Below the pieces are notes generated by a model. The model saw only the letters and a program-made list of their open reading frames with translations, did no database searches and was not told where the DNA came from. DNA of 64,000 bases from Glycera tridactyla (lineage: Eukaryota), in contig OZ286462.1 of NCBI GenBank assembly GCA_965644265.1, forward strand, positions 25,544,001-25,608,000, written 5' to 3'. The position numbers and the translations under genes are program-made. The stretch's first letter is position 1, and each line of letters opens with the position of its first letter. Shown here one piece after another: positions 1 through 12,970 of the stretch.

Positions 1-655
1 AATGAAATTTACCAGCAGACGCCGGTGTCCAGATTGAAGTTTGCTTTTCTAATGTTATCGCTACAGATCTGTCGACTACGGAATAGGAGCCTGGGGCTAA
101 ATTCACTTGCAAGCCTCACTAGTGCAAACAATGGAATTAATGAATCCGTCGTGGATCGCTGAGAGACTCTGCCTGATCCCATGTTTTGGAGATAGATATT
201 CCAGGTCATCTTTGTCTGGTCTCGACGATGCTATGGAAGAGAACACTCTGTTTTTGCATTCTGTTGATGTCATCGGCAATGGGTGCGTGAGGAGAGGGAT
301 ACACGATGTACTTTTTGTGATCTCCGTTGGAGATCACTATGCTACCACCTCTCTGCTCGAAGTGCTTTCTAACTTCGCCGATTCTGACTCTCGAGGCCAA
401 TATAATCAAACGAATCTTGATCGGATCTGTGTGAAAGGATCGAATGATCTAATCTAACACAATTTTAAGATGATTTATTGATCTGATGACCGACAATTCG
501 AGGAAATTTAGCGATTGCATAATACAAAATTCTCTCAATACTCGTTTTTGTGGCCGATTACCGAAGCACACAGGTACGATCGCTCAGAGATGTATAGCTA
601 CGCACAAATAGTAAATGCCTGTCAATCAAGCTCTTTGGGCACGCCCACTTTGAGA

Positions 656-1222
656 AAGTAGTGCTTCTTGTTCACATCTCATTACCAGGTTTAATGGATC
701 ACTGCGCCGATTCATGAATGAAATTGTAGAAAGCATGTGTAAAATGAGCCAATCAGACAGCAGCACTCGCATGAATGACAGCGATTTGATGAATGCTTCA
801 GTTTGTGATGGAACATGGCCATAAGACAGATCTACGGGTCGCACGCCCTAATCAATGTTAACATGTTTATCACATTTGGAGTCGGGACCACTTCTGCGCA
901 CAAAATAGTGAGCATCTGGGCTATATTGTGATGCCCATGCAATGTGCATTTGTGGGACCTTCCAAGACTCCTCCTTTTGGGTCCTCAACGGAAGGTGAAA
1001 TGTTTTGGTTGATATGATAGCTCATATGGGTGTGAAGTAGTGCTTCTTCTTCGCACCTCATTACCAGGTTTCATAGATTAATGCACCGATTCATGAATGA
1101 AGTTGTAGATGGCGTGTGTAAAACCGGCCAATCAGAAATCAGGACTCACGCTTTCACATGAATGATGGCGATTGGACAAACTTTTTGCAAACGCTTCTGT
1201 TTGTGATGAAATATGGCCATAA
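656..1222. repeat. Diverged direct duplication (656-824 and 1035-1222)
   Basis: Both copies share AAGTAGTGCTTCTT, CTCATTACCAGGTTT, CCGATTCATGAATGAA, CCAATCAGA and TTTGTGATG..ATGGCCATAA. Confidence 0.8.
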
Positions 1223-1680
1223 TGGTACAAGACAATTCCACGGATGGCTCGCTGATGACTCGCTGCCCATATTCCTGAAGAAGGGCTCGTCTGTAAAACC
1301 ATCCAGTGTCCATCCTACTTCATCGTGATACAGCCAATATAAGAGACCCTTCTCGCATCTCACACTTGACTACTGGCAATCTTGTCTCATTTCTGTCTTG
1401 TACAGGGTCACTGATGGTATAGGTCTGCCTGCATGATGAACCTGATCACTGCTAATATGACACTATTTGTGTCTCGTACCAGATCACTGCCAGTAAGACC
1501 AGGTTTGCATCTCGTCGAATCAAATCGAAGCAATCCAGATCAAATTAATTATTTTCAAACTCGTGAGCATATATACAAATATGAATGACCTGACCCCGAA
1601 GATATGACCCTGTGTGCTTCTTATACCTGAGCGCTGCTAGTGTGACCCTGTGTGTGACTAACTTTGCCCTGTATCCGGTC

Positions 1681-1948
1681 GCTGGTTCGAAGATTGACAG
1701 CTCGTGTCAGAACACATTGGTTGAGTACAATTCTGATGCTTTCCCAATCAGATTCATTTTGTACATGTTGAGTAGGTAGAAATGAGTCTGAAGTGTCAAC
1801 TACTCCCACTTGACAACCTCTCTGGTTCCCCATCATCTTGTGTTCAGGGTTTGTTTGAGTGACGCCTGCAGGGGACAGAACATCTAACTTTCATTGACCG
1901 GGAACACACGGCATACATAATCCTTTGGGTTGTTACATGCCATTCAAC

Positions 1949-2000
<52 letters not shown>
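1681..2000 (+). mobile_element. Dispersed repeat family A (SINE or LINE 3' UTR fragment), copy with (ATCA)n tail
   Basis: Shares ACTTGACAA..TGGTTCCC.ATCATCTTGTGTTCAGGGTTTGT and ACGGCATACATAATCC..GGGTTG.TACATGCC with copies at ~6.8, 8.3, 19.9, 35.9 and 52.5 kb. Ends in (ATCA)n at ~1949-2000. Confidence 0.75.
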
Positions 2001-2002
<2 letters not shown>

Positions 2003-5000
2003 CTTCATCAGAATACCACAAGTATGGACCAATCCTCGTCATGGACCTTGTCACACCGATATTCATTCTTGCAAGACCAACTGCAACAAGCCCAAGCTGA
2101 TCTGATTCATCTGTTGACAATCCTGTAGCAGATATATGGTCATCTAGCTCTTGCCCCCACCATCAGGATTATTTCTGAAGAATGTCATCTCAAGGTCGAG
2201 TCGCTCTCTCATCAATTTGAAGGTGATCATAGCCTGTCAATGTCAGCTAGCACTGATTGACCGATCACCAACTCCACCACTCTCCTCCTTGATTGACCAT
2301 GGACGGGATCAATCACCACCAGCACGTGTTAACACCAAAACTACCGAATATATCCTCCACTAGAATTATGTCTGAAAAGGTCCTCGTCATGTGGGATGGT
2401 TTCCAGGATAGAGCACATGACATTGCAATTATATCCCATGGCAGGCGTTATCGAGCCAAAGTCAGGTCGCCGTGATGTATCTCCATCCAAGGAGCAAGAA
2501 ACCAATCACGTAAGTATGCAATCAACTGATCACGGCAGCAAGCAACCTATGAATCAACCATCCAACCATGCAGTTTCTATGGTTGAGCCGTCTGTCATTG
2601 CCATCACTCCATGTCTGAAATATACTGTCATACCTGGGTGATTTGATGTTGTGCAGTTGCTCAGTATCGAGGGGTATCTTATGTGAGAGGCGCAGATTAT
2701 ATGCATCCGTACAATTTTCTTATACCATAAAGCAATGAGCTGATTTTGGTATAGTTGCAAGACACCAATGATTTAATCCAAGAAACTTTCACGAACGTCT
2801 TATCTTTTATGAGTGTATCTTATCTCTCGCACGGGCGTTTTATGGACATTCAGTTCCATATGTTCACCGGTGAATCACATCAGATCAAAATCGCGATCCG
2901 TAGGAAATGTTGAAGAATGGTGATGGATAGTAATGATGATATTGGCGCGAAAATGATAATCATGGAAGTCATAACAATGATGGTAGTGATATCACTCAAT
3001 GACGATAATGATAGTGGTTCATATAGCGCCGTATTCCTTCACCATTTCTCAAGGTTTTTCATTCATGAACTCCCTCATATATCTCAATCTTGAGAGCCAC
3101 CCTGATGTAAATGTGACATGCAGTCATTCTATGATCCGAGCACCTCTCGCGAAGAGAGCCAAACCATCTGAAAGAATTATATTTCGCAGAGAGCGGGTCT
3201 CTCCTCTTAAATTTGATAACAAACGAAGGGCTTCCAGCGACAGAATGGGGCCAGGGGGTGGCTTAACGGGTGACAGTGTGGTGCCACTCAGGTGCAACCC
3301 TAGTAGACATCATTCATCACATTTAATTAAGAATTCACTCAATCAATGTATTGATATATGCCCTGCTTTTTGCAGTTCCCGTCGTACTTCAATCTCGATG
3401 GCGCCAGGGAAAAATTAGTTCAACATATCATATAGCTGTTGATGTAATATAGTCTGTATTGATACTGAGTATAATTAAGTGGGAAAGGCGTGGGTGATGC
3501 TGCAACAAATCATACTGTATCATACGTGAGAGAATGTGTCTGAAATACAAATGGAAATTGGATGTTTGTAATATTCAGTGACATGTCGATATCCACTTTC
3601 CCAACAATTGGTAAATTCTTCAGAGAAGTACAGTTCTATGTTTCATAGCAGAATGACCTTTCTGGCTGCCGCAACAAATTCATCATAATGGCGTTGATAC
3701 ATGCTCTTTTAACCACTACATCATCGATGTATGGGTCTTATTCCCTGTATAGAATATGAGAGACCGGGTCATGATCATTTACCATCATTTATCATCATAT
3801 CACTCATCTCACCTCATCATCATTTGTAAATATTCATTTCCCATCTATCATCATTGTATCATATTTATGTAGGTTGAACTGTTTCGTCATCCTGAAGATG
3901 AACACTATATAATAGTGTGTCTAACTGTACTGTGACAAAATGAGAAGAAAGTATTAAAATAAATCAAGAAAAACAAGTATTGTGCCCCATAATGCTAGCA
4001 AAATCTATCTTTTGTATGTGTCACTGTATCATTTGCATGATTTTCCGCACTGATCAGATATCTGCTGCATGTACATTGTACGAACTTCCCTTCCAATGAG
4101 TTCCCATAGCTCATCTGAAATGTGTGTGGCCATCATTCTTTGAAGCCATTTGTTCAGGTGAATACATCGGGCATATTTTGCCTTTCTCCTCCCGCCACTC
4201 TCTCCCCGTCCTCTTTGGCGTTCCTGATCCACCATGCCTTTCGAAATGACATCATGGGAAAGATGTAATCTGAAGGTGACAGATAATGCAGGATTATAGG
4301 GACAGAGTAGAACGGAAGTTGTGAGTATTCGAAATGTCTAACGGAAAACTCAGTCTTTGGAACATATGGGGTAATTGATATCATGACCATGGTCAAATGA
4401 GCATATCCCTTTCAATAGATACTTTCAAACTTGGCTGCCACTTTGGTTGCATAAGAGATGTGGCCAGTCAAAACAGAACACTGTCGTAGACAGCTTGATT
4501 CATATAGAAATTGTCCTCGTGGTCACTGCCTAGGGTTGTCCTTCAAAGCGGACTGGACTGTTTTAGTATAGAGTTTTTCTTTACCCAGCAGCCTTAGTAT
4601 AGGTTTCGGCGATGTTAGAAACTCAATATTCAGCAAATCGACCTGTCGCCTCCGTTCGAGCTAATGAGACAACACAAAGCTGTATAAATTCCTCCACAAT
4701 TCCTCCTCAATACCGAACCAACATAATTCACTGCCTTCGGCAACCATTAACACTACCTGACAATCGAAATTCACCGCAGTGTCGAACGAATCGGAGTGTT
4801 GTGTATCGTGTTGTAATGGGGTGTGGTATATGGCATTGCCTTGATTTGTATCACATTTCACTACAATATGCTGTGCTGCATTGCATCATACCATACACTG
4901 CATTATATCATGTTGTCTCTATTCCAAACATGAACCCAATGGAATTGACAAAAGTCTGCACTTAGTACAAGTGCGTCCTTGAGGTAAGAATGACCCCAAC

Positions 5001-5074
5001 GGAGCCTATCGCTCAGGGCAAGTTCCTGATAAGGACAAATCTTAGTAAGCACTAGTTCGACTGTATAATATTAG

Positions 5075-5300
5075 CTCATATTGTACTGTACTCTATCGTA
5101 TTATATTGCACCGTATCGTACTGTAATATATTACGAAAATATTGTAGCGTCTTCGGTGGAGACCAGTTGGATTGTATTGCATCGTACTGCACTCTTATAT
5201 ATTGGATTGTATCGTATTGTATTTTGTGTCGTGTTATATCTTGTATTGAACTGTAACACAAGGTTTTCCATCGCATTGTAACATTTCGTTTTGTAATGCA
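5075..5300. repeat. Degenerate (ATTGT)n pentanucleotide tract
   Basis: Repeated ATTGT/ACTGT/ATCGT units. A similar tract in the opposite orientation lies at ~29640-29820. Confidence 0.75.
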
Positions 5301-6059
5301 TTGTCGGATTCAGATTCAGATTCAGATTCGATTTTTTGTATCAGACTCCTGCAGGGAAAGTTCGAGGACTATATCTTTCCCTCTTGAGTACCGAAAAATA
5401 CAGTACAAGTTAGTAGAAACATTTGTACAAAATTAAGTTCTAAATTCTCCTTCATACCCTCCTATGGTTTGCTAAGATATTGCTCTTACAGATGATACTA
5501 AGCATCATATCGAAACTCAGAGCATAGACAATGTGAGAATTCCATTAACTCATCATCCAGACTGTTATGCGATTCAGAAAGGACACCAACATAAAAGACA
5601 GGCACTTGCCAAAATGTTTTGTATTGTAACTTATCAAATGTTATTATATTCGATTGTATTGTATTCTATCCTAGCAACATGATCGAGAGAGAGAGATCGC
5701 CATCAAAATATCCAGCACAACCACTATTGGTTATCCATCAGTAGACAACTGACCCATCATCCATCATGAGCACATCCGACACTCACAACGAACACCACAA
5801 CTATCCCATCTCCATCTCAAACTCAATCTCATTTTATGACCCACTGTGGCTGGATGTTGGTAGTGGAAGTCGCAGGATCTGGCTGATCCCCCGAGATCGG
5901 GGGAGATTGACGGTTATTACTGCTAATCCAATTTGGGCCCAGATGTCGTCTTTTTTCAATTAAGGCGTTAGCGCACGTGGCAACACATCACCAATATTGC
6001 TGATAGATTGCATAACGCTCATGGACTAGGTAGGCGCATTTCAGCATAGGTAGAGAGAA

Positions 6060-6240
6060 ATATTGATTGGTATTGGTGATCTGAGTCTCTTTGGTTTCCA
6101 TGGTATCTGGAAACACTTGTACTCCCACCTTGATGATTTGGGCCCCTAGTTCATGTTAATCTTGTTGCAACTGGTATTGCGGGGTGAAGATATAGATGAC
6201 GAATTTCCGTGGAGATGCTTCGAAACACTGCAGCCAACAG
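6060..6240 (-). pseudogene. Possible decayed LINE RT fragment
   Basis: Minus-strand reading QLQQD*HELGAQIIKVGVQVFPDTME loosely resembles the LQxDLxxLxxWxxxWxMxFNPxKC segment of CR1/L2 RTs. Confidence 0.3.
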
Positions 6241-6750
6241 CATCCTGATCACCCATATAATGTATAGGATGATTATAAGATGGACGGCTGCGTTGTTGAA
6301 GACAGACTTAGCAGGCGAAATAGTCAGGTACCGAAGATTCTATCTGCTGGTAAAAGCAGCTGCGCAATGCACGAGTAATTAAGATCGAATTAGGAAAATT
6401 ATGTGAATGACTGATAGGATTGCCCATTGGTATCTTTAGGGGGATTTCCACGACACAAATGGAGGGAAATTGATCAAATACCATGACAGGATATTAATGA
6501 ATGTGATGCATGTTTGCCTCTTACATGTTATAAAATGAATTCTCCGATGGCTGATGCATGGGTTGACAAATGCCGCGAAACATCAACCAATCCCCGACGG
6601 TAGATCAAGTAGCACTGGGTATCCAGATACTATCTTCATTCATCTTCCAGATAGCTTCAGATGTGTGTGTGTGTGGGGGGGGGGGGGGGAGGGGGCTGTC
6701 GTTTGGACCTAGATCTTCAGCACGGAACGGTGAAGGAGCAGGCTGTCTTG

Positions 6751-7014
6751 TGCTAGCTTCCAGCCAGCTACCGAGTTAGTCAAGCCACCGTTGGGCTCAT
6801 CAATTTTATGTGAGGTTCGGGGAGGTATGTCCAGCCTGCCTGCTTATTTCACTTGACAACCTAACTGGTTCCCATCATTCTATGTTCAGGGTCTGTGAGA
6901 GTGATATCTGCAGGTGACACAGCGTCCAGCTTCCATGAACCAGAAATATATTGCACACAGAATCTTTCGGTTGATATCCCAGGGTTGATACCTGCATACT
7001 CCAATCAATCAAAC
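6751..7014 (+). mobile_element. Dispersed repeat family A copy
   Basis: Contains GCTTCCAGCCAG, ACTTGACAACC..TGGTTCCCATCATT, TGTTCAGGGTCTGTGAGAGTGAT and GGGTTGATAC, with a short AATCAATCAAAC tail. Confidence 0.7.
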
Positions 7015-7599
7015 ATCCGAGAAGAATCTTGCGCAGGTTATATATCCCATAATAAGACGAAAAAAGAAATCCAGGTGTGTATTGACTGTGAGGAATCTTA
7101 CATAGGTCAATCTATGTGGCCCATGGAACGGCGAACAAAGAAAGCCATCTAGATGTGTATCAGCAATGTGTATTTGATATATGTCCTTCCAACTTAATAA
7201 AAAGGGGATCTATCAGCACTCAGAGGCAGTGGTTATGTGCTAGTGATGGTGATTGGGCCGTGGTGGCTGGGGCCTCCATTCACCCATCCATCCATCATGT
7301 CAATATTTACGGTCAATTTAAACTGTCAGATTGCTCTTTAGCTTGCATACATCATGCTGGCCCACCAACCATGCAACCCGTCAACCCCTCCGATCCCTCC
7401 TCTCACTGAGATGTAGGTGAACCTCAGATCACAGTTGAGGGATTTCATGAAGCTTTTTCTGGAAATCATGATGACATATAGAACCATGTACATCGTTTTA
7501 GATGCCCTTGGATATCAGTGAAACAATCCCATGCCCCCCCAGGCTGTAATAAATTTGCTTATATGAGCTGCCTAGCTCAGTAAAACTGACCACCTGATC

Positions 7600-7870
7600 C
7601 GACCTTCCATTTCTATGGAATGTTGGGGACTTCGACATATTGCTTTTTCGGGCACAACATGTGATGATCTAGATTTGATGAATGTTTCAGAGCATATATA
7701 AACAATGGTGGAGTCTGAAAATAGTTCTAAGTGGTGAGGGTGAGCTGTGGAAAGGTGAGGATGGATATTTGATGTTTGACGACATGTATTGAGAAGGCGA
7801 GGGGCCAGAAAGGTTGTAAAGTGCAAGTAGGTGACGGTTCACAAATCTGTTCCTCACCTGAACCTGAATG
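7600..7870 (-). pseudogene. Possible decayed LINE ORF2 C-terminal fragment
   Basis: RHLLALYNLSGPSPSQYMSS resembles the RLxLFYKIxxGxxPxYL region of CR1/L2 ORF2. Confidence 0.3.
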
Positions 7871-7904
7871 AATTCATCCACCAATGGCATACTATTCTAA
7901 ATAA

Positions 7905-8045
7905 CCATCATCGTCATCATCATTGTCATTGTCTTCAGCGTCATCGTCATCTTCATCGCCGTCGTCGTCACCATCACACCACCTCCACCACCACCATCAT
8001 CATTTTTGTCACCGCCGTCCTTATCATCATCATCATCATCATGAT
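7905..8045. repeat. (CAT/CAC/CGT)n trinucleotide low-complexity tract
   Basis: Directly visible. A similar tract lies at ~9450-9550. Confidence 0.85.
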
Positions 8046-8169
8046 GCGGGCGAGGTTTTGCTGCCTCACTAATTGTGAGAATCGCAGAATACGGGCACCT
8101 GATTGTCATCCGTATTACACCAGAATGCAATCCCACTTGAGGGCTTGATGTTGCTAATACATGTGTGCA

Positions 8170-8565
8170 CCCTGATTGTGACGCTAGTTTGAAGTCGGCA
8201 GTTTGTAATTGAACACATTGGTCGAGTATCCTCCAAACCTGATGCTTTTCCTTGTGTCAAGTGCTATTGCAAAACAAAAACCCATTGCTATCAGGCTCGA
8301 GTGTCGGCTTCCAGCCAGTCATATAGTTAGATACGCCATCATAGGTTCGTCATGTATATTTGGAGTAGATAGAGGGGTGCCTGGACTGTCAGTCACTTCC
8401 ACTTGACAATCTTTCGGATTCCCCATCATCTTGTGTTCAGGGTTTGTAAAGGTGATGTCAGCAGGGTAGAGAACATCTAGCTTTCATTACCCAGGGACAC
8501 GGCTTATATAACCCTAGGGTTGATACATACCATAAAATCTAAAACAAACAAACAAAAACACAAAC
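8170..8565 (+). mobile_element. Dispersed repeat family A copy with (AAAC)n tail
   Basis: Colinear over ~400 bp with the reverse complement of 19715-20130 (CATTGCTATCAGGCT, GGCTTCCAGCCAGT, CAGTTTGTAATTGAAC, ATTGGTCGAGTAT). Confidence 0.8.
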
Positions 8566-9019
8566 CGACTGGTTCTGCAAATTATGCTGACTACATGGGT
8601 GAACAATGTTACTCCGTATTCGACTGTACACTGTCCAATTGTAACATGGTCTCTCCTTATTTTCTCAATAGTTGATGGTGCAAGAGATCGAATGAAGACC
8701 TAATTCAAAATTGAGAGATAACATCGGGTATCAGGCATTCATTACCGGCCTATTTTTGACTTCATGTATTCTCACTCCTTAAGGCCCTGCTCAATTCTCG
8801 GGTCACAATTTGAATGTTTGTGGGATTCATAGATTTTCACTCTCTGTTGGCGGACCCGTATGGAGAGGCTCGATTGATCTCATCATTGCCTACTTTCTAA
8901 CATACTTCCTCTCTTCATGCACCATGATACTACTTGAGACCGTGAGCAAAATATGTGTTCTTCTTTTGCTATCATTTACTGAGTGCCATGTGCCCTCGAG
9001 AAAATAGAATGACAAATAA

Positions 9020-9150
9020 CTCACTCATTCAATTACTCACTCACTTACTTACTCACCCACTCACTCACTCACTCTTCCACCCACGCACCCACTCACTCAC
9101 GCACCCACTCACTCACTCACTCACTCACTCACTCATTCACTCACCTACCC
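9020..9150. repeat. (CACT)n microsatellite
   Basis: Directly visible. Confidence 0.9.
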
Positions 9151-10174
9151 ACTCTCGGGACTATTCGAATTCTGACCAGTAGAACATTAGTTCTATCGCT
9201 CTTTCGAATGACACTGCTCGAAATGTCCTCAAATCCAGGACCTTGGTATCTCGGAAGAGAAAAGCTTGATGGTGAGATTAAGATGGATTTGCACCTAGAT
9301 TCTTCAAATCCCGAGTGGATCACCAGGATTCCTTCTTGAGGATAATTTATAAGCTGTGAAGAAATTCAGAGCGGGCAATGACTCCGTAATGGGATGGGTT
9401 TATATAGCCCTTGCAAATACACACGAAGAAATGGAACCCTCTCCGCGCCAGTGCCACCACCGTCACCATCACCACCAGCATCATCACCGCCGTCATCACC
9501 ACCACCACCGTCATCACCATTATCCCAACCCTACCCCCACCACCACCTTATTCCCGAATCCTTGTCGATTATGTGTTCAGCAATCCAAATCGTTTGATAT
9601 GCATACCAGGTAAAAGTGTTTAATATTACACAGCACAGGGCACGATTTGGTAGGATAAGGTTGGGGCGTGGAAGCTAGTATTAAGCTTAGCTGGGCCTAG
9701 CTAAGCTAAGCCAAGCAAGGTTTCACTATGGTGATGTGATGCAAGCTGGGTAAGGAGAAGCTATTTGGTGAAGTAGGATGAGTTAAGGTGAGGTATACTA
9801 TGGTGCCATATCTCGGTTCGTACAAGTGGGATGTACTTCTGAATGTACTTGTGAATTAGTCCGTCTTCGACTCCCGAATCCATATTGAGCCACCTCTGTG
9901 TGATGATGTACATATACAGCCAAAACCGTCACGCCCTCGTACTTGTGTTTCCATAGCTGCACTACTTTCCCACAAAGGAGCAGCAGGAAATAACTGTCTT
10001 ATTGATTCATCAAAACACATTAGTGTCCCATTTACAGATGTCTGCGTAGGTGGTTCTCATCGATTCACTCTGCTTTTATACGACATATTCCACCTTGTTA
10101 TGCTTTCTTATTCATCTCTCCGATCAGACTGAGCCCTCGCACGAGAACACGGCGATATATGGAAGTGTGTACTC

Positions 10175-10381
10175 NNNNNNNNNNNNNNNNNNNNNNNNNN
10201 NNNNNNNNNNNNNNNNNNNNNNNNNNNNNNNNNNNNNNNNNNNNNNNNNNNNNNNNNNNNNNNNNNNNNNNNNNNNNNNNNNNNNNNNNNNNNNNNNNNN
10301 NNNNNNNNNNNNNNNNNNNNNTTCTGTGTGGGTGGTTGGATGGGTGTGTGTCAGAATGTACACATTCAGGGAGTGAGAGAG

Positions 10382-10424
<43 letters not shown>

Positions 10425-11804
10425 AGAATCAGGAAATCGTTCTCGGTTGAAAAAGTATAGCGTTGTTATTCGAACTCAACCGCCGGCCTCAGTGGTATGT
10501 GATCGCATAAAAAATGGAGCATTTGTTCCCTATCGGCTTGGGGCCTATCACAAATGAGGGAACTCACGCCTTCAAAATCAAAAAAAGAAAACCAGTCGAA
10601 GTTTCATTTGGCGCTGTCGTCTTGGATGATAGTAACTGGCTGAAGAAGGAGCATCTCATTATTCTGGGTCAATTTCAAAGATGGCTGCGTGGCTCATCAC
10701 TGGCAATGAATTAAACAAAGCCCAGATTACCCTACGACGTTATCATGTCACTAGGGCTAACGTAGAAGTATACTGTTTTGGAGGATGTATATTACAGTAT
10801 CCACGTACGTCGCCCCACAAGTGGCCTCAGTCTTGACCTCAATATGTCACATTTGGTGATTTTCTTCAGCTGCTGGTTTAACGAATTCACAAGATTTTAG
10901 TGATGATGACGGTGATGCGATNNNNNNNNNNNNNNNNNNNNNNNNNNNNNNNNNNNNNNNNNNNNNNNNNNNNNNNNNNNNNNNNNNNNNNNNNNNNNNN
11001 NNNNNNNNNNNNNNNNNNNNNNNNNNNNNNNNNNNNNNNNNNNNNNNNNGTGTCAGAGCAGGACCAGGGGGCAGGAACAACTAAATGAGCAAGGGTAGAA
11101 GCAAAAGCAGGTATAGGAGAGAGGAAGATGCGGGAGGAGGTTCAGGGAGGTGAAGGAGGGTGATGAAGATGAGGATGAAGACGAGGAAGAGGGAGACGGA
11201 GAAGATGAGGAGAAGGATGATGGTGATGAAGGTGATAACGTGCACAAGGATGGTCACGATGATGGTGGTGTTAATATTGCTGCTGATGATTCAACTATTC
11301 ATCAGTGCTTCAAATTTATCATGGTCATTTCGTACAGAAACCATCCTTGGACGCCTTTTACCGTGAAACATACAATGACATCAGGCAATGTTATGAGATA
11401 TAATACATCTCGGCTGATGGGACTCCATTTACCTGATTTGCACATATTTCGTGTATGAGTACAATGCTACTGTCGGGGACGGGTAGCATCAATGGCCTTC
11501 TCTGAACAAACACCGGCCCGGCAAGCATTGAGAGAACACGCTGGGGAACAATAAACTCGGGCTACGCCTCCATCCGCAGGCTGAAGGGCATTACAGGACA
11601 ACAGGCAAAAAATAGCATTCATACTGCGGCTTTGTTGATACGTGGGAGTTAGTGTGTATATCTTTCTATCTNNNNNNNNNNNNNNNNNNNNNNNNNNNNN
11701 NNNNNNNNNNNNNNNNNNNNNNNNNNNNNNNNNNNNNNNNNNNNNNNNNNNNNNNNNNNNNNNNNNNNNNNNNNNNNNNNNNNNNNNNNNNNNNNNNNNN
11801 NNNN
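10175..11804. other. Cluster of three assembly gaps (10175-10321, 10922-11049, 11672-11804). Other gaps: 17109-17275, 21122-21292, ~36759-36917, 62540-62722
   Basis: Runs of N, mostly flanked by microsatellites. Confidence 0.98.
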
Positions 11805-12970
11805 GTCTGTCAGTCCGTACCGCCTGTCCGTCCGTCTGTCCATCCAAACTCTCGCCCAGCAACTTACCCAGCAACCCACTCACCCACCTACCTATCCATC
11901 AACCCGCCAATCCATCCATCCATCCATCCCTTCATCCATCCATCCATTCATCAACCCATTCACCCATCTACCAGTTCATCAAGCCACCCACTAAAGAAAT
12001 ACCCCCCCCCCCATCCCCCACCCCACCCCCACACACACACACCATTCAAGCACCCAATGCCATCCACCCAGCCATCTGATAATGTAGTGTGAGGAAGCCA
12101 CTTTGAGTCTTCACCTCCCATTGAGGTCCGCGAAGAATGTGTCTTTGATGGTCTTACCCATCGCATGAGCGTCTCAATATATCACGAATGGTGCTCATGG
12201 GATGTGAACCAATAACCGAACGAACCAATCAACCTCATAGAAGATCATCAATGAAAGAGTAGGTCAAGTTGTGATCATCACTTTTGCATATTCGGTTCTA
12301 CGTATACATTGAAAATCTCTGGGTGCTGAAATTAGAAGAATCTCTATCTCAGTCCTGATCTCTGTCTGTGTGTCTGTGTCTATGTCTGTCTGTGTGTCTG
12401 TCTGTGTCTGTGTGTCTGTCTGTCTGCCGAATATCCGTCTGTCAGTCCGTACCGCCTGTCCGTCCGTCTGTCCATCCAAACTCTCGCCCAGCAACTTACC
12501 CAGCAACCCACTCACCCACCAATCCATCCATCCATCCATCCCTTCATCCATCCATCCATTCATCAACCCATTCACCCATCTACCAGTTCATCAAGCCACC
12601 CACTAAAGAAATACCCCCCATCCCCCACCCCACCCCCCCCCCACACACACACCATTCAAGCACCCAATGCCATCCACCCAGCCATCTGATAATGTAGTGT
12701 GAGGAAGCCACTTTGAGTCTTCACCTCCCATTGAGGTCCGCGAAGAATGTGTCTTTGATGGTCTTACCCATCGCATGAGCGTCTCAATATATCCCGAATG
12801 GTGCTCATGGGATGTGAACCAATGACCGAACGAACCAATCAACCTCATAGAAGATCATCAATGAAAGAGTAGGTCAAGTTGTGATCATCACATTGGCATA
12901 TTCGGTTCTACGTATACATTGAAAATCTCTGGGTGCTGAAATTAGAAGAATCTCTATCTCAGTCCTGATC
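11805..12970 (+). repeat. Near-identical tandem duplication (11805-12360 and 12437-12970) beside a gap
   Basis: The same sequence from GTCTGTCAGTCCGTACCGCC to CTCAGTCCTGATC occurs twice, with a few substitutions and indels in the TCCA tract. Confidence 0.95.

Noticed and set aside
3860-3930. CTGAAGA and, on the other strand, GACGAAAC hammerhead-like motifs
   Set aside because: The two core halves are on opposite strands and not in hammerhead order.
4029-4270. Possible minus-strand terminal exon (KWLQRMMATHISDELWELIG)
   Set aside because: There is an acceptor-like site, but no recognisable homology or partner exons.
11050-11460. Acidic 102-aa ORF
   Set aside because: It is a GAN low-complexity tract between gaps with no domain or splice support.
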